Below, in pieces: positions 60,067 to 64,000 of a stretch of DNA of 64,000 bases. The stretch is taken from NCBI GenBank assembly GCA_013239625.1, contig MU053487.1, forward strand, positions 639,058 to 703,057, given 5' to 3'. How positions within the stretch are numbered: the stretch's first letter is position 1; every line of letters begins with the position of its first letter. The notes beneath the pieces are model-generated. The model made no database searches. It saw only the letters and a list, made by a program, of their open reading frames with translations, and had not been told where the DNA came from. Origin of the DNA: Lama guanicoe. Lineage: Eukaryota. The translations under genes and the position numbers were made by a program.

Positions 60067-60418
60067 TTTTCCTTTTTAATATATTTTTATTGAAGTATAG
60101 TCAGTTTACAATGTTGTGTCAATTTCTGGTGTACAGCACAATACTTCAGTCATATAGGAACATACATGTATTTGTTTTCATATTCTTTTTCACCATAAGT
60201 TACTACAAGATATTGAATATAGTTCCCTGTGCTATACAGTCTGAACTTGTTGTGTATCAGATTTTATGAAAATCCTCCTGTATTTTGAAATGAGAGACAC
60301 TCTGCCAGAGTTCAGTAGGTGTTCTGTGCGATTCAGTGGGTTTGTAGATGTAGTTCTTGGCGTACTTGTGGGAGAGGGCGAGCTGGGAGTCTCTCTATTC
60401 CACTATCTTGTCTCCACC
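60067..60418 (-). mobile_element. Internally deleted L1: about 150 bp of 5'UTR start fused to about 200 bp of 3' end
   Basis: 60268-60418 on the minus strand reads ggtggagacaagatagtggaatagagagac..agctcgccctctcccacaagtac..acatctac..cacagaacacctactgaactctggcaga (L1 5' start type); 60067-60267 is L1 3'UTR plus tail; TSD at 60050-60066 and 60419-60435 (14/17). Confidence 0.8.
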
Positions 60419-61190
60419 TGATCAATAGAATGTTTATCAAAAGCGATGCTAGTGTGACCCAGGATGAAGCAGGATAGAGAATTTTCTCTGGAATGCTTAT
60501 ATAGACATTGTGCTGGGTCCATTCATCTTAGTGGTTGGGCATCATTTTCTTTGGAAAAATGATTATCCCTGGATAACTGGAATGGATAATGAGGAACCTG
60601 GAAATAGTGCTGAAAATGGAATGGATGTTTTATCATGGGTGCCAACTTTAATGGTATTTATACAGCAACAAAGCATATCTTGAACCCTGGCATTCGTCTT
60701 TATTCCAGAATCTTATCAATAGTTATTTGGGTGAAGCACAAAAGATTGATTTTCTCTTTATTCCTTTGGCTTTTATATTGATTGTATATTTGTACTGTTA
60801 TACTGAATATGGTTACTTATATATATGTACATGAATAAAATATGTTTAATAAGCATGCATAAAATATATGAACTTGAAAACTGTTCCCTGGTGGAACATT
60901 AGCGTCTTTGTTGAAATATCTAAGTAACTGCGAAAAGAAATCATTAGTTCCACTCTAGTGTATTTTGTTCCTGCATAGGAGGTCACATTGCACACAGCAA
61001 TGATTCTTAATTTTTCTTGTTGTTGTTGTTGTTTCTCTGTTTACAAGTCCCCTGAGAAGTCCAGTAACTTATGTACAGGACAAAACAGATTAAAACAAAA
61101 TAAAAACAGCTTTTGGGTTGGTTCCTAGAGGGGCAGGCAAGCCTTTTGATTCTATTACATAATTATGTTAGAGGACCTGAAATACGGTAC

Positions 61191-61716
61191 CGTGGTAGAT
61201 TGCAAAAATGCTCTTTATCATCCACCTCTCTCTGTGTCTGCACCCTTTGTAAAGTGACTTTGCAACTCCTCTCATCAAGAGATGAAGTACATTTCCCCAT
61301 CTCTGAATCTTCGCTGGCCTTGTGACTTGCTTTGCCCGTACAATGTGGTGGAAATGACAGCTGCCATTTTTGAAGGCAGGCCTCAAGGGTTCTTTGTGCA
61401 CTCAGCTATCTCTCTTGGGATTCCATCTTTTACCGATGTGATCAAGCCCAAGCTAGCCTGCTGGAGGATGAAAGATAACATGGTCCAGAACCACATCAGT
61501 CTGAATATCTCAGACAAGGCCACCAAAGATCTACAAAGCTTTCCTCAGCAGCTGACTATATATACATGAGTGAGTGTAGTTAGTTCAGATAAGCCTGGCT
61601 TAGATCTGCAGAATCACTCATGTAACCTATAGACTCATGAGCAATAGTGGGTACTCATTGTTTTAAGCCACTAAGTTTTGGAGTGGTTTGTTATGCAGCA
61701 ATATCTAGCTGATACG
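61191..61716 (+). mobile_element. MaLR solo LTR (MLT1H-like), full length
   Basis: gtggtagattgcaaaaatg ... ttttaagccactaagttttggagtggtttgttatgcagcaatatctagctgatac. Confidence 0.9.
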
Positions 61717-61904
61717 AAATTATTATTAAATGTTTATTAAATTTGTGAGTACAATGTGATTAATTTGGTTTCTTGGGTTGGAGGTCTTTTGGGTGACACA
61801 GCTAGAAGGATGGTCATTTCCCTCACAAACCATGAGATTTCTGTAGGAAAGGAATGGATTCTGCAGCAGAGATGCTAGTTTTTCCACAATACCTGCTCTC
61901 AGAT

Positions 61905-62725
61905 ATTGTTGAAAAAGCAATATCTGCTTCTTTCTTAGTTCTAGGCCCTTAGGTTTTAGTTGGACCTGTGGCTTCCTACAGTGAAGATTACATTTTCTGG
62001 CCTCTATCACAGATATCTGTATGACTAAGTTCTGGCCAATGGGATGTAAGTGAAAGGGAGGGGGTACGCTCTTTCCTTCCTTCATTCCTGCTGGTTGGGA
62101 TGCAGGCGTGTGATGGCTGGTTACAGTGCAGCCATACTGGAAAATGGGATAGAAATCACATGGCAAGGGGACACCAGCAGCAGATTTAAGGATCGTGGGT
62201 CCCTGATGTCTTTACGAAGCTTTCTGTGGTCAGTGTTCTTAATTATTCACTCCCTCTTCCCTGTAGGAGAGAGAATCCTTCATTCTTACTCAGTGCCATG
62301 TGATCAGCATGCCTCCCTGTAAACCCCCCAACTCTATTTTCAGGCTTAGCCATGTGACTGGCTTTGTTCAATGAGATGTGAGTAGAGTGATGTATGCCAC
62401 ACTCAGTAAGAAGCTTTAAAAGCCACTGCACATTTCCCTAACTCTCTTGCTCCGTCTCTGTGTCACAAGACAACATGTCCCAAATAGGAGCTGATCCTTC
62501 AGCCTGGGTCTTGGAAGAAGAATACATATGTAGCAGAGTCATGGCACCAACCTTCTATTATGTGAATGAGAAATAGATATTTATGGTTGTAAGATTTGAA
62601 GGACGGATTCGGAAAAGTCCAATCTTTGGACTTCTTCTATGTGAAGGGGAAATTAACATCTGTGTTGTTTGAGACACTGTTTTGTGTTTTCTGCCACTTG
62701 TGGTTAGATGGAATTGTAATTAATT
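61905..62725 (+). mobile_element. Nested MaLR LTRs (MLT1J-like interrupted by MLT1I-like at about 62225-62600)
   Basis: gtatgactaagttctggccaatgggatgtaagtg; ccatgtgactggctttgttcaatgagatgtgag; ccttcagcctgggtc. Confidence 0.7.
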
Positions 62726-62761
62726 CTTTCTTTTATCTTATTCCAGAGTAAGAATGATGTG

Positions 62762-62915
62762 ACCATTCATTGAATTGAAACGCATTTACTCAGCCTGTAG
62801 TTTAAGATTCATACTGTGCACAAGACCCTAGGGATGCAAGGTGATCAAACAAGACCCAGACTCTGCCCTCATGGTGCTAAGAGTCTGCTAAGGAACCCAG
62901 ACGTGGAACAAAAAA
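62762..62915 (-). mobile_element. L2 3' end
   Basis: cattcattgaattgaaacgcatttact...actgtgcacaag..ctagggatgcaaggtga..ctctgccctcatggtgct. Confidence 0.7.
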
Positions 62916-62937
62916 GCCAATTAAGGGAAATTTCAGG

Positions 62938-63085
62938 GAGTTGTTTAACAACCAGCTTTCTGAATAAAATAGCCCTGGTTTGGAGCATTTGCCAATTTCT
63001 ATGGTATAAATATTCCCATTATGGCTGACTTCCAGCAATCAAGGTTGTGACACTGAACATGGAGTTAGGAGGAGGTGCTGGCAGT
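62938..63085 (-). mobile_element. MER63-like hAT fragment
   Basis: tgtttaacaaccagct...agccctggtttggagcatttgccaatttctatggtataaatattccca. Confidence 0.75.
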
Positions 63086-63400
63086 GAGCAAGCCCATGAA
63101 GGACAGCTCCCACCCCGCACTGTATTCTTGGTGCTGTAGATGGACAATGAGCATGACAAAGTCTGAGACAGGATGTAATGTTTGAATAGAAGTTAGCTCG
63201 ACAAAGTTTGGGCTGGAGTGGGGATGGTGAAAGGGGAGGAACTGCAGGTGAAGCAGCTTGTGCCATGGCCCTGTGGCAGCAGCCCAGGCAATTAGAAGGT
63301 TAAGGGGAGTTTTTCTCCATGAGTTTCTGGGAAGGATTGCCTGCACTACCTATAAACAGAAAGAACAAGGAGGTTTCTAATTGGGCTGTTATGACTTTAC

Positions 63401-63561
63401 CAGTGGTTCTTAAACTTGAGAGAGCAAAGGAATCACTTTGTGGGCTTGTCAGAACATAGATTGCTGGATTCCTGCCCCCTCCACTCCCAGTAAGTCTGAG
63501 ATGTGACTAGTCATGCTGCTGCTGCTGCTGCTGCTCTGAGGACCACACTTTGAGAACCACC
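63401..63561 (-). mobile_element. MER5A (hAT-Charlie) containing (TGC)7
   Basis: cagtggttcttaaacttgag ... ggaccacactttgagaaccac TIRs. Confidence 0.85.
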
Positions 63562-64000
63562 AGAGTAGCCCATTTGGTGCCACCAAAGCTTAGTTCTTTT
63601 TGTTGGTTTGTTTTTGGCCCCAGAGATCATACTTTGTTACTCTTTTGTTTTTCAGTCTTCTTGCTTGGAAGGACTGTATCAGTTAGTGGGAAGCAAATCC
63701 TTTGCTGCATATCTGTGTCCTGTGAAAGGCAGTATTTCAGAAATAAGACACTGATATCATTAAGTCAAATATCAGTAAGCCAAATATTGAGAGTCATGAT
63801 TTGAAAGATAAAGTCTTTTTGGCAGGCTCAGGTGACTACACTTGGATGTAAGTACAGACCCATTCCCTTTTGAGTAAGTAGGGTTCCCACAAGTACCCCA
63901 AAGTTGATATCCCAAGAACAGAATGGTCTTGCAGCACCATCCAGCATGTAATGGTCACTCTTGTTTTTCCACAGAAGGACTATTTGTTTGGGTATCTCTT

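Noticed and set aside
1..64000. The many 60-186 aa ORFs as protein-coding genes
   Set aside because: None resembles a cellular protein I recognise; many use non-ATG starts and overlap repeats, and their lengths fit chance ORFs in mammalian non-coding DNA.
1..64000. CRISPR array, operon or prokaryotic defence system
   Set aside because: The sequence is mammalian, with no regularly spaced repeat-spacer array and no gene-dense region.

Overview
This is mammalian genomic DNA, very probably from a camelid (camel, alpaca or vicuna). The assignment rests on tRNA-derived Vic-1-type SINEs and young cetartiodactyl/camelid-type L1 3' ends. I cannot support any protein-coding gene, functional RNA gene or CRISPR array. 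The ORFs I recognise are retroelement fossils: L1 ORF2, HAL1 ORF1-like and CR1/L3 RT motifs. The window is a patchwork of L1, L2, L3/CR1, HAL1, MIR, camelid SINEs, MaLR/ERVL/ERV1 solo LTRs and hAT/mariner fossils, with unique motif-rich islands between them. L1-type elements lie almost all on the minus strand (about 18 versus 2), which suggests an intron of a large gene transcribed on the + strand. The most notable observations are a TSD-flanked 352-bp element joining an L1 5' end directly to an L1 3' end (60067-60418), a probable L1 3' transduction (16461-16704), an LTR whose poly(A)-signal position reads as a consensus ISRE (38837-38851), a strong CTCF site in an LTR41-like element (48246-48264), and a candidate exon beside an RFX/POU motif cluster (56632-56990). 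Repeat names come from remembered consensus sequences, not a database search. Boundaries without TSDs are approximate.
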